Positions 31,779 to 42,867 of a stretch of 64,000 nt of DNA are shown here, one piece after another (within the stretch, counting starts at the first letter, position 1; every line of letters begins with the position of its first letter). A model generated the notes under the pieces. That model was not told the DNA's origin. It searched no databases and saw only the letters and a program-made list of their open reading frames with translations. Origin of the DNA: Candidatus Eiseniibacteriota bacterium. GTDB lineage: Bacteria; Eisenbacteria; RBG-16-71-46; CAIMUX01; VGJL01. Position numbers and translations under genes: made by a program. The stretch is from NCBI GenBank assembly GCA_963792585.1, contig CAWBWI010000001.1, positions 32,001 through 96,000 on the forward strand, read 5' to 3'.

Positions 31779-34740
31779 CTACTTGATCAAGAGCATCCGC
31801 GCGCTGTGGGTCCTGCCTTCCGACTCGAGTCGGCAGAAGTAAATCCCGGCCGCGACGGCACGGCCCGAATCGTCGGTGCCGTCCCAGCGCACATTGTGAT
31901 CTCCTGCCTTCAAGGAGCCGCGGGCGAGATTGCGCACGCGACGTCCCGTTCCGTCATAGACCGCGAGCGACACCGATCCCTCCTGCGCGAGGCGGAAGCG
32001 GATGTCGGTCGTCGGGCCGAACGGGTTGGGAGTGTTCTGCTGCAGGCGCGTCACGAGACGCACGGAGAAGTCGCCTGCGTCCGCGGTCGGGAAGACCGCG
32101 GCGAGCAGGAAGTCATCGACTCCGCCCTCGATCAACGAACCCGGGGTGATGTCCTCCGCGATGAAGCGGAACTGCACGACGCCCGGAGTCGGGACGAACT
32201 GCAGGAGGTCGAACGACATCGGCGCCCAGGCGTTGGTGGAGGTCGTGGTGTGTTCCATCGGGATCCAGGTCTGCCCGGCGTCGTTCGTCACGTCGACGTA
32301 CCAGTAGTCGAGACCCGGGCTATTGCCCCGGTCGTTCGTGTAGAACTTCCAGTAGTCGACCTGCACCTGGGTGGCGCCGGTCAGGTCGAACCGAGGCGAA
32401 AGGAGCGTCGTCTTGCCGCCGTCGACATCGGCCTCTCCGCCCTGCCCGCCGACCGAGCCGTTGCCGGTGATCCAGCAGATATGGCCCGGATCGGCCGTGT
32501 GGTCATCTTCCAGCTGGACGGGATTTCCACCGAAGGTGCTTCCGATCGGATCCGCCTCGATCCAGAGACCGGCGGAAGCGTTGTCGCCCGTGTACCCGGC
32601 CTTCCAAGCCGTGACCGTCTCCATCGCATCGGCGAAGGAGTTGTTGACCTGGAAGTAGTGCAGGCTTGCCGGGTAATCTCTCGGGCTCGTTCCCGTGTTG
32701 TTGTCCGTGTCCTGAGCCGAGAGATAGTACTCGACGATGCTCCCGTACTCCTGTGCCGGGATCGTCACGCCGTACTCATCCTGGTTTCCGGTCGGAGCCA
32801 TCGCCAGATTCTGGTAGATGCCGCCGTTGACCCGGTAGTGGAGGAAAGCCGAACTCGGCACGATTTGCGCCTGCCCCGCGGGCAGCGAGATCATCGTCGC
32901 CGTCAGCGGGTAACCGACGGTGCGATCGCCCGAGTAGGGGAGAGCCGTGTGCGTGACGAAGACGCCGACGAGGATCTCCGGGCAGGTGAACCCGTGGTTC
33001 GTCGCCGCCTCGCAGAGCGCGCGTGGTGCGGCGTGCCGTCGTCCAGGTTGCCGTTGTCGTCGTCGGCGATGAAGGTCGCGAGGACCTGATCGGGCTGCGT
33101 CTGCGGATGCAGAAGGACGCGCCCGTTGTGCCATAGTGTCGCGGCCTTGATCGTCCCGGGATCGGTTCCGTACTGCGCCTGGAGTCCGACCATCACGTCC
33201 CAGTTGAAGCCGGCGATGACCTGGCCGGCGTAGTGGATCTCCTGGCCGACCACGTCGCCCGGGTAGTGCAGCGTGTTCAGCGAGTTGCGGATTCCACTCG
33301 TGCAGTTGCCCGGGTAGAAGCCGCGGCCGATGATCGGATCCTGGGTCATCAGGTTGCCGATGATGTCGCCGTTGCCCTCGCCCAGGCCCTGGTCGCCCTG
33401 GCCGCCGAGGATGGCGTTCTGGACGCCGTGGCCGAACTCGTGCTGGACGACCTGCTGCATCTCGCCGGTGTTGGCGCAGCCGCCGCCCGGGATGTAGAAG
33501 TTGATCGTCCCGTCCCAGTAGGCGTTGCAGGTCGAGTTGCGGTTCACGTTGGCGTTGATCCGGGCGTTGGTGTAGCTGAACCCGGGCGCGAACGTCTCGA
33601 AGAAGTCGTGGATCTCGTTGACGGCGTCGAAGGTGTCACGCTCGTCCTTGCGGGCGTTCACATCGGTGAAGGCGACGTCAGGGGGACGTTCTCCAGCGCC
33701 GTGCCGGTGAAGGTCCCTTCGGCCCCTGCGATGTTGTTCAGGTCGACGTAGGGACCGTAGAGGTCCGCCGTCACCGAGCGCGCTCCACCGGTGCCGGCGA
33801 TCGTCCAGTTCCCGTTGATGTCGCTGTTGACGTTGCCGACGCCCGAGACCTGGACGCGCAGGTACTGCGCGGGCCGGGTGACGGTGCCGTCGCAGTAGCT
33901 ATTGAGCTGCACCGGCGCCGAGGAGGTTCCGCTGTAGGCGAAGTGCATGTCGTTGTACCGCCAGATCATCTGGCCGGTGTGGGCGTCGACATGGGTCACC
34001 CAAATGCCGACGGGATCTTCGGTCTGCACACGCACGCGCCAAACCAGGTGGTACTCGACCTCGGCCTGCGAGAGGGAGACCGGCAGGACGAGCAGCTGGG
34101 CGGCGTCCTGAATCGTGTCGGTCGCCTCGTTGAAGTTGACGCCGTTCTTGGCGATCTGGATCGCCTGGGCATCGCTGTATAGGGGGACCGGGCTCAAGTT
34201 GATGTTCGGCTGGTAGTCCGAGCCCATCAGCATCAAACGGCCGTCCTCGCTGAACACGAGGCGGACCTTTGCGCCGTAGACGTCGATACCGTGCCACGTC
34301 TGCTGGAAGTGGGCGGCCCACTTGCCGGCGGCGTTCGGCGTATCAGTGAGCCGCAGCTGGGAGGCATCGGCCCGAAGGACGTCCTCGTTCGCGGCGATCA
34401 CCTGGCGCGCGACTCGCTCGACATCTTCCGATGTGTAGAACGATTCGGCGACCTTTACGCTGGTGCCGTAGATCCAGCGCGCGCCCGCGGTCTGCGGGTT
34501 CCACGACTGGACGCGCCAGTTGCCGCTGTAGCGGCCGTTCAGGATATTGGCGACTTCGAGACTCCCCTCGGCCGTGGCGGGGGACTGATAGCCTTCGAGA
34601 TCGAACTCCGGGAGTCGAATCTCGTAGTTGCGGTTCTGGTCGGCTTGCTGGAACGCGGCCGCCGGTCCCGCGAGCCCAAGGAGGAGAGCCACCAGCGCCA
34701 ATGCGGCAATGGTCCCTCCGATACGCAAGATGTGATTCAC
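31779..34740 (-). CDS. Secreted M4/M36-like zinc metallopeptidase with propeptide and FlgD-Ig C-terminal domain, two frameshifts (~33020, ~33665)
   Basis: Signal peptide, FQQTWHGIDV..VDAHTG prodomain, CNAYWDG, HEFGH..GLGEGNGD, QNTPNPF...GIYFCRL. Confidence 0.85.
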
Positions 34741-34903
34741 TTCCGAATCTCCTTTCGCTGCAGTCGAAAACTGCGGGTCCCAGTCCTGGGACACGAGTCA
34801 CCGACCCCGTGGCTGCCCAACGGGTTCACCGAGAATCAATTATACCAGATTCGTTCCCGTTTAGGTGAAGGCAATCCGGGGACAAGGAGTAGGCCCTAGA
34901 GGC

Positions 34904-36310
34904 TCAATTCTCCCCGATGAGATGCAGAAGTCGGACGAATAGCGTGTCCTGCCGGACGGACGCGAGGTCGGGGTCGGTTTCCATCCCCTTCGCGTCCTTG
35001 AAGCCCGATTCGACCGCGCGTTCGAGGGCGAGGACGGCGTCCCGAGGTCGGTCCGTTCGCGCATAGGCGCAGCCGAGGTCGTACCAGACCGTCGGGCGTT
35101 CGGGTTTGATGTCGGCCGCGGTTCGCAGAAGCACGGCGGCTCCCTCGTAGTCGCCACGGCGCATGAGCTCCCGGGGCATGGCCGATCCCGCGCGCGCGTA
35201 GATCGCATCGAAGATGCGGATGCCGGCGAGCCGCTCCTCCGGGTTCGCCGAATTGCGCATCAACCGGAGGGCCGGAAGTCCGATCTGATTCACCAGCTGC
35301 GCATAACTCGGTCGCTCGAAGAACGTCCGGGCCCGCGGGACGAGCTCCAGCGTTTCCAATGCCTCGGCCAAACGATCGGACGCGGAGCGATCGACCCCTT
35401 CACGCTCCCGGCGCAATGTCGCGAACGCCTTCGATCGGCCCAGCCGATCCCGGGCTTCCGCCGCGGCGGTGACGTCCCGCAAGCCGTCGAACATCGCCGC
35501 CGTCGCTGATGCGCGCTCGTGCGCCTCGATCAGCCGGCCGGCTTGCTCTGCATCCTCGAATCCGGCCGTCTCGCGGGCGTAGATCTCCTCGATGAGCGCC
35601 GAATCCGCACCGATCGTGTGGGACCGTATCGCCGCAATCTGCATCCAGTCCAGCGCCTCCGCGCAGGCGCCGGCCGGCGGCCACTCGTGGCCTCCATCGA
35701 AGGTCACGAGGCGGTGGGGGACCTTCCTTCTGTCCAACTCTCCGTCGAGCCACCGCATCTCGTAGTAGTTGAAGTCCGTCTGGCCAACCAAACCGTAATA
35801 GGCCAGCCGTGGATGCCATTCCTCGAGGAAGTCGCGCCGCGGAAGGCCGGCGCCCACCTCGATGATCCCCGCCAGGTCGACGTCCTTCGCCAGTTGATCG
35901 AGGATCCAGCAGATCCTCCCCCCGCCGGAGAAGCCGGTCGCGTAGACGCGATCGAAGTCGACGGGATAGCGGGAGATCACGTCGTTCCAGAACGATGCCA
36001 TGACGTCGATCGATCGACCGACGGAGTCGGCGCTGTCATACGACCCCGAGCTGGCAATGATGAAGCCGTGTTTCTCGGCTGCCGCCTGGAAGAGCTCGAT
36101 GGGGATCATCGGACGCTTCGCGGGATCGAAGCAGAGGAGGGTGGGCCACTGCCGGTCGGGCGTGTAGCCGGGCGGCAGATAGACGGCATAGGTCGGGGCC
36201 GGGGCGGCCGTGCTGTCCGCGAGCAGCGTCGATGGCGAACCCGGCGTCGGATCCGATGCCGGATCCGCGGCGAGGATCATTCCCAGAACGAGGAAGATGT
36301 TCGGTCCCAT
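34904..36310 (-). CDS. Secreted alpha/beta hydrolase with C-terminal TPR
   Basis: YAVYLPPGY, TGFSGGG, FDGGHEW, VWYDLGCAYA..ALERAV..GF. Confidence 0.8.
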   Translation of the reverse strand: MGPNIFLVLGMILAADPASDPTPGSPSTLLADSTAAPAPTYAVYLPPGYTPDRQWPTLLCFDPAKRPMIPIELFQAAAEKHGFIIASSGSYDSADSVGRSIDVMASFWNDVISRYPVDFDRVYATGFSGGGRICWILDQLAKDVDLAGIIEVGAGLPRRDFLEEWHPRLAYYGLVGQTDFNYYEMRWLDGELDRRKVPHRLVTFDGGHEWPPAGACAEALDWMQIAAIRSHTIGADSALIEEIYARETAGFEDAEQAGRLIEAHERASATAAMFDGLRDVTAAAEARDRLGRSKAFATLRREREGVDRSASDRLAEALETLELVPRARTFFERPSYAQLVNQIGLPALRLMRNSANPEERLAGIRIFDAIYARAGSAMPRELMRRGDYEGAAVLLRTAADIKPERPTVWYDLGCAYARTDRPRDAVLALERAVESGFKDAKGMETDPDLASVRQDTLFVRLLHLIGEN

Positions 36311-36474
36311 CGATTCGCCTCAACAGGGCTCGGCGATCCCGGCGCGCCACCCTCCATGATTGGACGGCAGACGCGCGCCGGAATCAATCGGGGAGTTCGG
36401 GCGTAGCCGCGCATCCGGACGATTCGACCCGCCGAGGCAACCTTCCTTCTTCAGATCGTCGTGGCGTCGATCCT

Positions 36475-37302
36475 CTAGCGGTACGATGCGCGGACGCTCC
36501 CCCAGGACGATCTCCGAACGGGGACCGTACCACAGTCGAACCCGCAATCGATCCCGCAGCAGTCCTCCCCACCCGCCCAGTTGGTGCCCCCTCGATTCGC
36601 GCACTCGCCCTGCGACAGTGCCAGGCAGGCTCCGTCGGCCAGACAACATGCTCCCGTGGGTTGCCCACACGTGATCCCCGGACAGTCGTTCCATCCAGCG
36701 GCGAACCAGCGAACCGTGCCGAAGCAACCGCACAGGTCCTCCACGGGAGGATTGCCGTCGTCCAAGAATTTCGCCTCGTTGGTGCCCGGATGCACCGTCG
36801 TGCTGAACCAGGCTCCCGGCCGATCGCAGGAGTTGTCGACCTCAAAGACATAGCATGCAAACGGATTCGCATAGGTTGGAGCGGCGTAGACGAATGCGGT
36901 CCCGGAGCACGGCGCCGGCCAGTCGGGAGTTGAGACCTCCTGAGGAAAGAAACCGCAAGCCCCGTGGGCTAAGACGGGATTCAGGAGGCTGGCATCGTAT
37001 TGAATGCCGAACTGCAGCGCACTAACCCCTGGACTGGATCCCGCGGGAAACGACGCCAGGACCCAGATGACCGTCCCGCTCGTCTTGTTCGTCTGCGTGA
37101 CGGCGCCCGTGCACGTGCCCGGATTGCCAAGTGGAGTCGTGCATGCCGTGTCGGTCGAATAGCTGTAGGTGTCGTCCGTGTGGACGATCAGGGCCCCGTT
37201 CGCGTTTCTGCCGGCGAGGGCCGTCGATGCCGCCATCGAGGCGGCCGCAATGCCGAAGATCAAGGCGATCCTGATGTATTGGTGCTCGAGCTTGGTATTC
37301 AT
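36475..37302 (-). CDS. Secreted Cys-rich protein with a C-terminal SSWGSVRASYR motif
   Basis: Signal peptide, GRNANGALIVH, GACCLADGAC, terminal RSSWGSVRASYR. Confidence 0.7.
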   Translation of the reverse strand: MNTKLEHQYIRIALIFGIAAASMAASTALAGRNANGALIVHTDDTYSYSTDTACTTPLGNPGTCTGAVTQTNKTSGTVIWVLASFPAGSSPGVSALQFGIQYDASLLNPVLAHGACGFFPQEVSTPDWPAPCSGTAFVYAAPTYANPFACYVFEVDNSCDRPGAWFSTTVHPGTNEAKFLDDGNPPVEDLCGCFGTVRWFAAGWNDCPGITCGQPTGACCLADGACLALSQGECANRGGTNWAGGEDCCGIDCGFDCGTVPVRRSSWGSVRASYR

Positions 37303-37439
37303 GCTGATCCTTCCCGCGTGGCGCGCATAGCGCATTCTCTGCCGGCCGTTGACCCGTCCCATCCTGAAGACGCAGGAACCGTCCCGTTCTAACAGGCTCT
37401 GTTTTCTTGAGAGTGACCTGGTAGGGGCGCAGAATTATC

Positions 37440-37592
37440 ATGGATGGCAACTGTGTGATTCTGGCCGAAGATGGGTGTGCGCGGCAGGGAGGATCCTACA
37501 TGGGGGACGAGGTCCCCTGTGATCCCAACCCATGCTTCGGCTTCCCGATCGAGAAGACAACCTGGGGACGGCTCAAGGCGACGTATCGCTAG
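37440..37592 (+). pseudogene. C-terminal remnant (or mini-gene) of a paralogous Cys-rich secreted protein
   Basis: MDGNCVILAEDGCARQGGSYMGDEVPCDPNPCFGFPIEKTTWGRLKATYR*. Confidence 0.65.
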
Positions 37593-37731
37593 CCGGCCGA
37601 ACCGCTCTCGAAGACTCCAGAGGGCCCGTATCCATCCGTGTGCGGGCCCTCATGGGGCGCCGCAGCCTCTCGAGAGTCTAGATGCCCTTCAGTGATTCGG
37701 CATCAGGCGCATCCTGCAGAAACTACTGCTT

Positions 37732-38379
37732 CTACCTGCTCTTGATGGGTGTGGCAGCGGCAGTCTTCGAGGCCTCTTCGGCGGCGGCCTTGTCGGCGTC
37801 AACTTGAGCCGCGGCAGCGGTCGCTATCGCTGCCTGCTTGCCCTCGGCGACGGTCTTCAGCCGGGCGAGCCCCTTCTCGATGTCGGTGCCGAGCATGTTG
37901 TCCATGTTCATGAACATGCCGAATGCTTTGCCCACGAAGTTGTGGTTCCCATCCATCGACCACGTCACGAACGAGCCGGTCGGCGTACCCGCGAGGGTGA
38001 GCGAATAGGTTGCCGTGGACTTCATCGGCTCCACAAACTCGAACTTCATGCCCACCTTCTGGCCAGGGACGCTCTCTTCGATCGTCATCTTGCCCTTGCC
38101 GACTTCCTTGTTGCCGTTCCACGCATACGACTGACCGACGCCCGCCGCCGGGCCCTCGAAGGTCTTCTGCATGTTGGGATCGAGCTTCTCCCACGGCGAC
38201 CCGAAGAGGACCAAGACACCCGCAAACTGATGGAGGTCGTTGAGAACACCGAACACGAGATCGGCTGGAGCAGCGACCTCGAGCTTGCGCTCGACGTGAT
38301 AGGTGGACGGCCGTGTGGCCACCACCGCTACGAAGAGGACCAAGACACCCGCAACACCGATGAGAATCTTCTTGAGCAT
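37732..38379 (-). CDS. SRPBCC (polyketide cyclase-like) family protein
   Basis: N-terminal TM, YHVER, SPWEKLDP, GVGQSYAWNGNKEVGKG, IEKGLARLK. Confidence 0.85.
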   Translation of the reverse strand: MLKKILIGVAGVLVLFVAVVATRPSTYHVERKLEVAAPADLVFGVLNDLHQFAGVLVLFGSPWEKLDPNMQKTFEGPAAGVGQSYAWNGNKEVGKGKMTIEESVPGQKVGMKFEFVEPMKSTATYSLTLAGTPTGSFVTWSMDGNHNFVGKAFGMFMNMDNMLGTDIEKGLARLKTVAEGKQAAIATAAAAQVDADKAAAEEASKTAAATPIKSR

Positions 38380-38414
38380 GGAAGCCCTCCTAAATGACTC
38401 TCAGTGACTCGGAA

Positions 38415-38766
38415 TCAGCCGGCAACGGATGGGCATCGAACACGTGAGACCTCACCTGCCGCTCTCATTTGGATTCCCGTCGAGACCCGCAAGGTCACGT
38501 TGCGGCCCGGATCATAGGCGAACTCCTTGTAGCGGCCTGACCCCTGGCCGGCCAGGAAAAATCGGCCATCTTCGCCGGAAAGATCTGAGCGCCCGGTTTC
38601 GGCGACCAGAATTCTTACATCGGCGACCGGGCTCCCGGACGCCTCGACAACCCGGCCGGTAAGGGTCGTCGATGCCGCGGCGGCCGACGCCCGCGTGGCC
38701 GTACTGGCGGGCGCGCTTAAGGAAGAGCACGAACCCGCTGAGCAGGGGCAGGCGCAGCTTCGACAT
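38415..38766 (-). pseudogene. Fragment of a secreted carboxypeptidase-regulatory-like domain protein
   Basis: AGGAGG RBS with MSKLRLPLLSGFVLFL, then in another frame LTGRVVEASGSPVADVRI..GEDGRF. Confidence 0.45.
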
Positions 38767-39168
38767 GGTTTCCTCCTGTGGCCGGCCAGGGGCACTCGCC
38801 GGTCCGCTGGATCCGAGGGCGGCCCGGAACCGGGAAAGGGTAAGGAGTGTCCTCGGATCCCCCAACCCCTTTTCTGGGGCGCCGGGGAGCCCGGTACCGC
38901 CTGTCCCGGACCCCGGCCGCAGTTTGGCCGCCGTGGGGGGCAGGATCTTCTCATGTTGCCCATCGAAACGGCCGATGCTAATTTCAAGTCACTTCGTCGC
39001 CCGGGGCCCGGTGGCGAAGCCGTAGACAGTGGCCCAAAATCGATATTGTCCTGTCCCGGGAACCGGAATCGGAAACTGACCCAAGTCGCCAATGAACCGC
39101 GCCTTCGGACCAATCTCCCTTCTTCCTTCCCAGTGTCTAAGACAATGTCCTATCCAAGGAGGAACCCG

Positions 39169-39534
39169 ATGGGTTCGAAGCTCTATGTAGGTGGGCTGCC
39201 GTACTCCGTGACCGAGCAGGAGCTCTCCGAGCTGTTCTCTGCGTACGGCACGGTGGAGTCCGCCCGGGTCATCACCGACAAGTTCACTGGTCAGTCGCGC
39301 GGATTTGGCTTCATCGAGATGAGCACGGCGGAAGAGGCGTCTAACGCCATTTCCTCGCTGAACAACACTCAGATGAAGGGCCGCACCCTGATCGTCAATG
39401 AAGCCAAGCCGCAGGAGAACCGTGGCGGCGGCGGCGGTGGCTACGGCGGCGGTGGCGGCGGTGGCTACGGCGGTGGTGGCGGTGGTGGTTACGGCGGTGG
39501 TGGCGGCGGCGGAAACCGCGGTCGCCGGTTCTAA
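39169..39534 (+). CDS. RRM RNA-binding protein with Gly-rich tail
   Basis: KLYVGGL (RNP2), RGFGFIEM (RNP1), VNEAKP, repeated GGGGGGY. Confidence 0.97.
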   Translation: MGSKLYVGGLPYSVTEQELSELFSAYGTVESARVITDKFTGQSRGFGFIEMSTAEEASNAISSLNNTQMKGRTLIVNEAKPQENRGGGGGGYGGGGGGGYGGGGGGGYGGGGGGGNRGRRF

Positions 39535-39564
39535 GAACCGACCCGCGTCCACGCGCTACATAGG

Positions 39565-39596
39565 TGAGGGAGCCCCGGCTCGGGGCTCCCTCATTT
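39565..39596. terminator. Intrinsic terminator between convergent genes
   Basis: TGAGGGAGCCCCG-GCT-CGGGGCTCCCTCA followed by TTT. Confidence 0.8.
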
Positions 39597-39610
39597 CAAT
39601 TTGGATCTTC

Positions 39611-41977
39611 CTACACGGAGCCGTCCGATTGCTCCGTGCGGGCGATGATCTCATCCTGCAGCACGCGTCCGAGATCGCAGAAGTAGTCGCTGTAACCGGC
39701 CACGCGCACGATCAGGTCGCGATGTTCCTGCGGCCGTTCCTGGGCGTTGCGAAGCGTCTCCGCATTCACGACGTTGAACTGGATGTGGTGGCCCCCCAAG
39801 CGAAAGTAGGTCCGGATCAAGGAGGCGAGCTTCTCGATCCCCTCTTCGCCCTCGAGCACCTGGGGAACGAACTTCATGTTGAGGAGCGTTCCCCCCGTGC
39901 GGAGGTGGTCCATCTTGGCCGCGGATTGGATCACGGCCGTCGGACCCCGGCGATCCATCCCCTGGACCGGGGAGATTCCTTCCGAGAGGGGAGTGCAGGA
40001 GCGACGGCCATCCGGCGTGGCGCCGGTCACGGAGCCGAAATAGACGTGGCACGTCGTCGGCAGCATGTCGATGTGGTAGCGCCCTCCGCGGAGGTTGGGC
40101 CGGCCCTCGATCGCGCGGTAGTAGGCGTCGAAGCAGGCGCGCATGATCTCGTCCGCCCGCTCGTCATCATTACCCCACTTCGGGGACTTGTTGATCAGGG
40201 TCAGCCGAAGGCGTTCGTTGTCCTGAAAGTCTTCCCGAAGGGCGCCGAGGATCTCCTCCATCTTGTAGTCCCCCGTCTCGTAGACGTGGCGGCGAATCGC
40301 CGCGAGGCTGTCGGTGATCGTCCCGATCCCGACCCCCTGGATGTAGGAGGTGTTGTACCGAGCGCCTCCCTCGTTGTAGTCGAGTCCATTGGCGATGCAA
40401 TCGTCTGTGATCATGGACAGGAAGGGCGCGGGCATTCGCTCGGCGTAGATCCGTTCGATCACGTCGTTTCCCCGTACCTTGACTCCCACGAAGTGTCGCA
40501 CCTGCGTTTCCCATGCATGAAACAGCTGCTCGAACGTCTTGAAGCGGGTAGGGTGACCAGTCTCGGGACCGAGCACGTGTCCGGTTCGAGGGTCGACCCC
40601 GTTGTTCAAGGCGAGTTCCAGGAGTTTCGGGAGGTTGAAGTACCCGGTCAGGATGTAGGCTTCCTTGCCGAAGGCGCCGGTCTCCACGCAGCCGCTGGTT
40701 CCCCCCTCGCGCGCGTCCTCGATGAGCTTGCCCTGACGTAGCATTTCCTCGACGACCCGGTCCGAGTTGAAGACGGAAGGATATCCGTAACCCTTGCGGA
40801 TGACGCGGCAGGCCTCGATCAGGAACCCCTCCGGGGTCTTCTGCGAGATCTGGACGTTCTGGCTCGGCTGCAGGAGGTGCAGCTCGTCGATCACCTCGAG
40901 CAGGAGGTAGCTGACTTCGCTCACGCCGTCCGAGCCGTCGCGCAGTTGCCCGGCAAGATTGACGTTTGCGAAGTCCGTGTAGGTTCCGCTCTCGGCGGCC
41001 GTCACGCCGACCTTCGGTGGCGCGGGGTGGTTGTTGAACTTGATGAAGAAGCAACCAAGCAGCTCCTTCGCCCGCTCGCGCGTGAGACTGCCGTCGAGGA
41101 CGCCCTGCCGGTAGAACGGGGCGATGTGCTGATCGAGGTGTCCGGGCGAGAAGGAGTCCCAACCGTTCAGCTCGGTGATCACCGCCAGATGGCAGAACCA
41201 GTAGGCCTGGAGCGCCTCCCGGAAATCGCGCGGGGCGCGGGCCGGAACGTGATCGCATACGGCGGCGATCTCCTCCAGTTCGGCCCGAAGCTGCAGATCG
41301 ATCGTGTGCGCGGCCATCTCTCTCGCGCGCGTCGCATGGCGGGCGGCGAAGAGCATCGTCGCGTCGGCGGCGATCGCCATGGCGGTCAGCTCGTCCCGCT
41401 TGTGCGCGGCGAGCGGATCGGCGCTCGGATCTAGCATCGCAAGCGCCGCAGCGATCTCGGTCTTGAAGTCGAGCATGCCCTTGCGATAGATCTTCCCGTC
41501 CGCGACGGTGTGACCCGGGGCTCGCTGCTCCATGAACTCGGTGAAGATCCCCGCGTCGTAGGCGGCGCGCCACTCGTCCGGAAGGCGGGCGAAGATCGCA
41601 TCGCGGAGGCTACGCCCTCGCCAGAACGGGATGATCATCTTCTCGTAGATCTCGAACGCCTCCGGGGAGACCGCGTAGCTCGTCTTCTCCCTGTCATTGA
41701 GCACGCGCAGGTCATCCAGGCTGTGGCAGGTCAGTTCGGGAAATGTCGGCGTCGCTTTGGGGGCCGGACCGCGCTCGCCCACGATCTGCTCTCCATGGCC
41801 GATCCAGATGGTTTTGCGCTCGCACAGATGACGGAACGCGAGGGCGCGCATCACCGGTGTCGGGTGGAATCCCTCATTCGCGGCATGGAATTCCGTCATC
41901 AACTCCGCCCGCTCCGTCGACACGAAGGGGTGGGCTCGAAGCGATTCTTCACGAAGGCGATCCACGCGATGGTTCAT
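39611..41977 (-). CDS. hypD: Glycyl radical enzyme, trans-4-hydroxy-L-proline dehydratase
   Basis: FTEFMEQRAPGHT, GWDSFSPG, ESGTYTDF, SGCVE, EAYILTGYFN, LPTTCHVYFG, RVAGYS. Confidence 0.88.
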   Translation of the reverse strand: MNHRVDRLREESLRAHPFVSTERAELMTEFHAANEGFHPTPVMRALAFRHLCERKTIWIGHGEQIVGERGPAPKATPTFPELTCHSLDDLRVLNDREKTSYAVSPEAFEIYEKMIIPFWRGRSLRDAIFARLPDEWRAAYDAGIFTEFMEQRAPGHTVADGKIYRKGMLDFKTEIAAALAMLDPSADPLAAHKRDELTAMAIAADATMLFAARHATRAREMAAHTIDLQLRAELEEIAAVCDHVPARAPRDFREALQAYWFCHLAVITELNGWDSFSPGHLDQHIAPFYRQGVLDGSLTRERAKELLGCFFIKFNNHPAPPKVGVTAAESGTYTDFANVNLAGQLRDGSDGVSEVSYLLLEVIDELHLLQPSQNVQISQKTPEGFLIEACRVIRKGYGYPSVFNSDRVVEEMLRQGKLIEDAREGGTSGCVETGAFGKEAYILTGYFNLPKLLELALNNGVDPRTGHVLGPETGHPTRFKTFEQLFHAWETQVRHFVGVKVRGNDVIERIYAERMPAPFLSMITDDCIANGLDYNEGGARYNTSYIQGVGIGTITDSLAAIRRHVYETGDYKMEEILGALREDFQDNERLRLTLINKSPKWGNDDERADEIMRACFDAYYRAIEGRPNLRGGRYHIDMLPTTCHVYFGSVTGATPDGRRSCTPLSEGISPVQGMDRRGPTAVIQSAAKMDHLRTGGTLLNMKFVPQVLEGEEGIEKLASLIRTYFRLGGHHIQFNVVNAETLRNAQERPQEHRDLIVRVAGYSDYFCDLGRVLQDEIIARTEQSDGSV

Positions 41978-42867
41978 CCTGTTCCTCCGCCACTCATCAC
42001 CTCGAGCCCGTGCGCAGCGAGCCGGCGCGCGATCGCCTGGAGCCGTTCTGGTGTCGGCGTTTGGAACGATTCCGCCTGCGCGGGGGTCCGCATCCGGTCG
42101 CGCTTGTCCGTCCCCATCGTGTGATAGGGGAGAAGATGGATCTGTCGCGTGTGGGGCAGCCCCGCCACGAGACGTCCGAGCGCCTCGATTGCCTCATCGC
42201 CGTCATTGATCCCCGGGAGGACCGGCGTGCGGATCCAGATCGCGGCGCCCTCCTCGTCGAGGGTCCGGAGGTTTTCGAGGATCGGCGCGAGCGGCACGCC
42301 GGTTCGCTTCCGGTGCTCCGACTCGTCGAGGATCTTGATGTCGAAGAGGAACAGGTCCGTGACCTCGGCGACCTTCCGGATGAGGGCCGGGTCGGCATAG
42401 CCGCACGTGTCGACCGCGGTGGGTATCCCGCGCTCCCGGCAGCCCGCAAGGCAGGCCAGCAGGAAGTCCGGTTGCGCCAGCGGCTCGCCGCCCGAGAAGG
42501 TGACCCCGCCGCCGGACTCCTCGAAGAAGGGGCGATCCCGCTCCACCTCCAAGACCAACGTGACGGCGTCCCACACCTTTCCGATCAGGCGGCGCGCATC
42601 GGCGGGGCATGACTCGGCGCACGCCCCGCAGCGCAGACAATGGACCGGGTCACCGGTGGGGCAGACGTCGTGGCAGGTCCCGCACCCGATGCAGCGGTCG
42701 GGGAAGAGATGGATCTCCGGTTCGGGCGCACGCCCCTCGGGGTTGTGACACCAGGCGCAGGTGAGGGGACAGCCCTTGAGGAAGACGGTCGTGCGGATCC
42801 CCGGTCCATCGTGAATCGCAAACCGTTGAAGGTCGAAGCAGGTGCCCGTCGGTGAGTTCGTGGCCAA
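41974..42867 (-). CDS. Glycyl-radical enzyme activating enzyme
   Basis: HDGPGIRTTVFLKGCPLTCAWCHNPE, ferredoxin insert, GGVTFSGGEP. Confidence 0.95.
   Translation of the reverse strand: MATNSPTGTCFDLQRFAIHDGPGIRTTVFLKGCPLTCAWCHNPEGRAPEPEIHLFPDRCIGCGTCHDVCPTGDPVHCLRCGACAESCPADARRLIGKVWDAVTLVLEVERDRPFFEESGGGVTFSGGEPLAQPDFLLACLAGCRERGIPTAVDTCGYADPALIRKVAEVTDLFLFDIKILDESEHRKRTGVPLAPILENLRTLDEEGAAIWIRTPVLPGINDGDEAIEALGRLVAGLPHTRQIHLLPYHTMGTDKRDRMRTPAQAESFQTPTPERLQAIARRLAAHGLEVMSGGGTG

Noticed and set aside
39424..39512. GGC/GGT repeat array
   Set aside because: It encodes the ordinary Gly-rich tail of an RRM protein and is not CRISPR or a mobile repeat.
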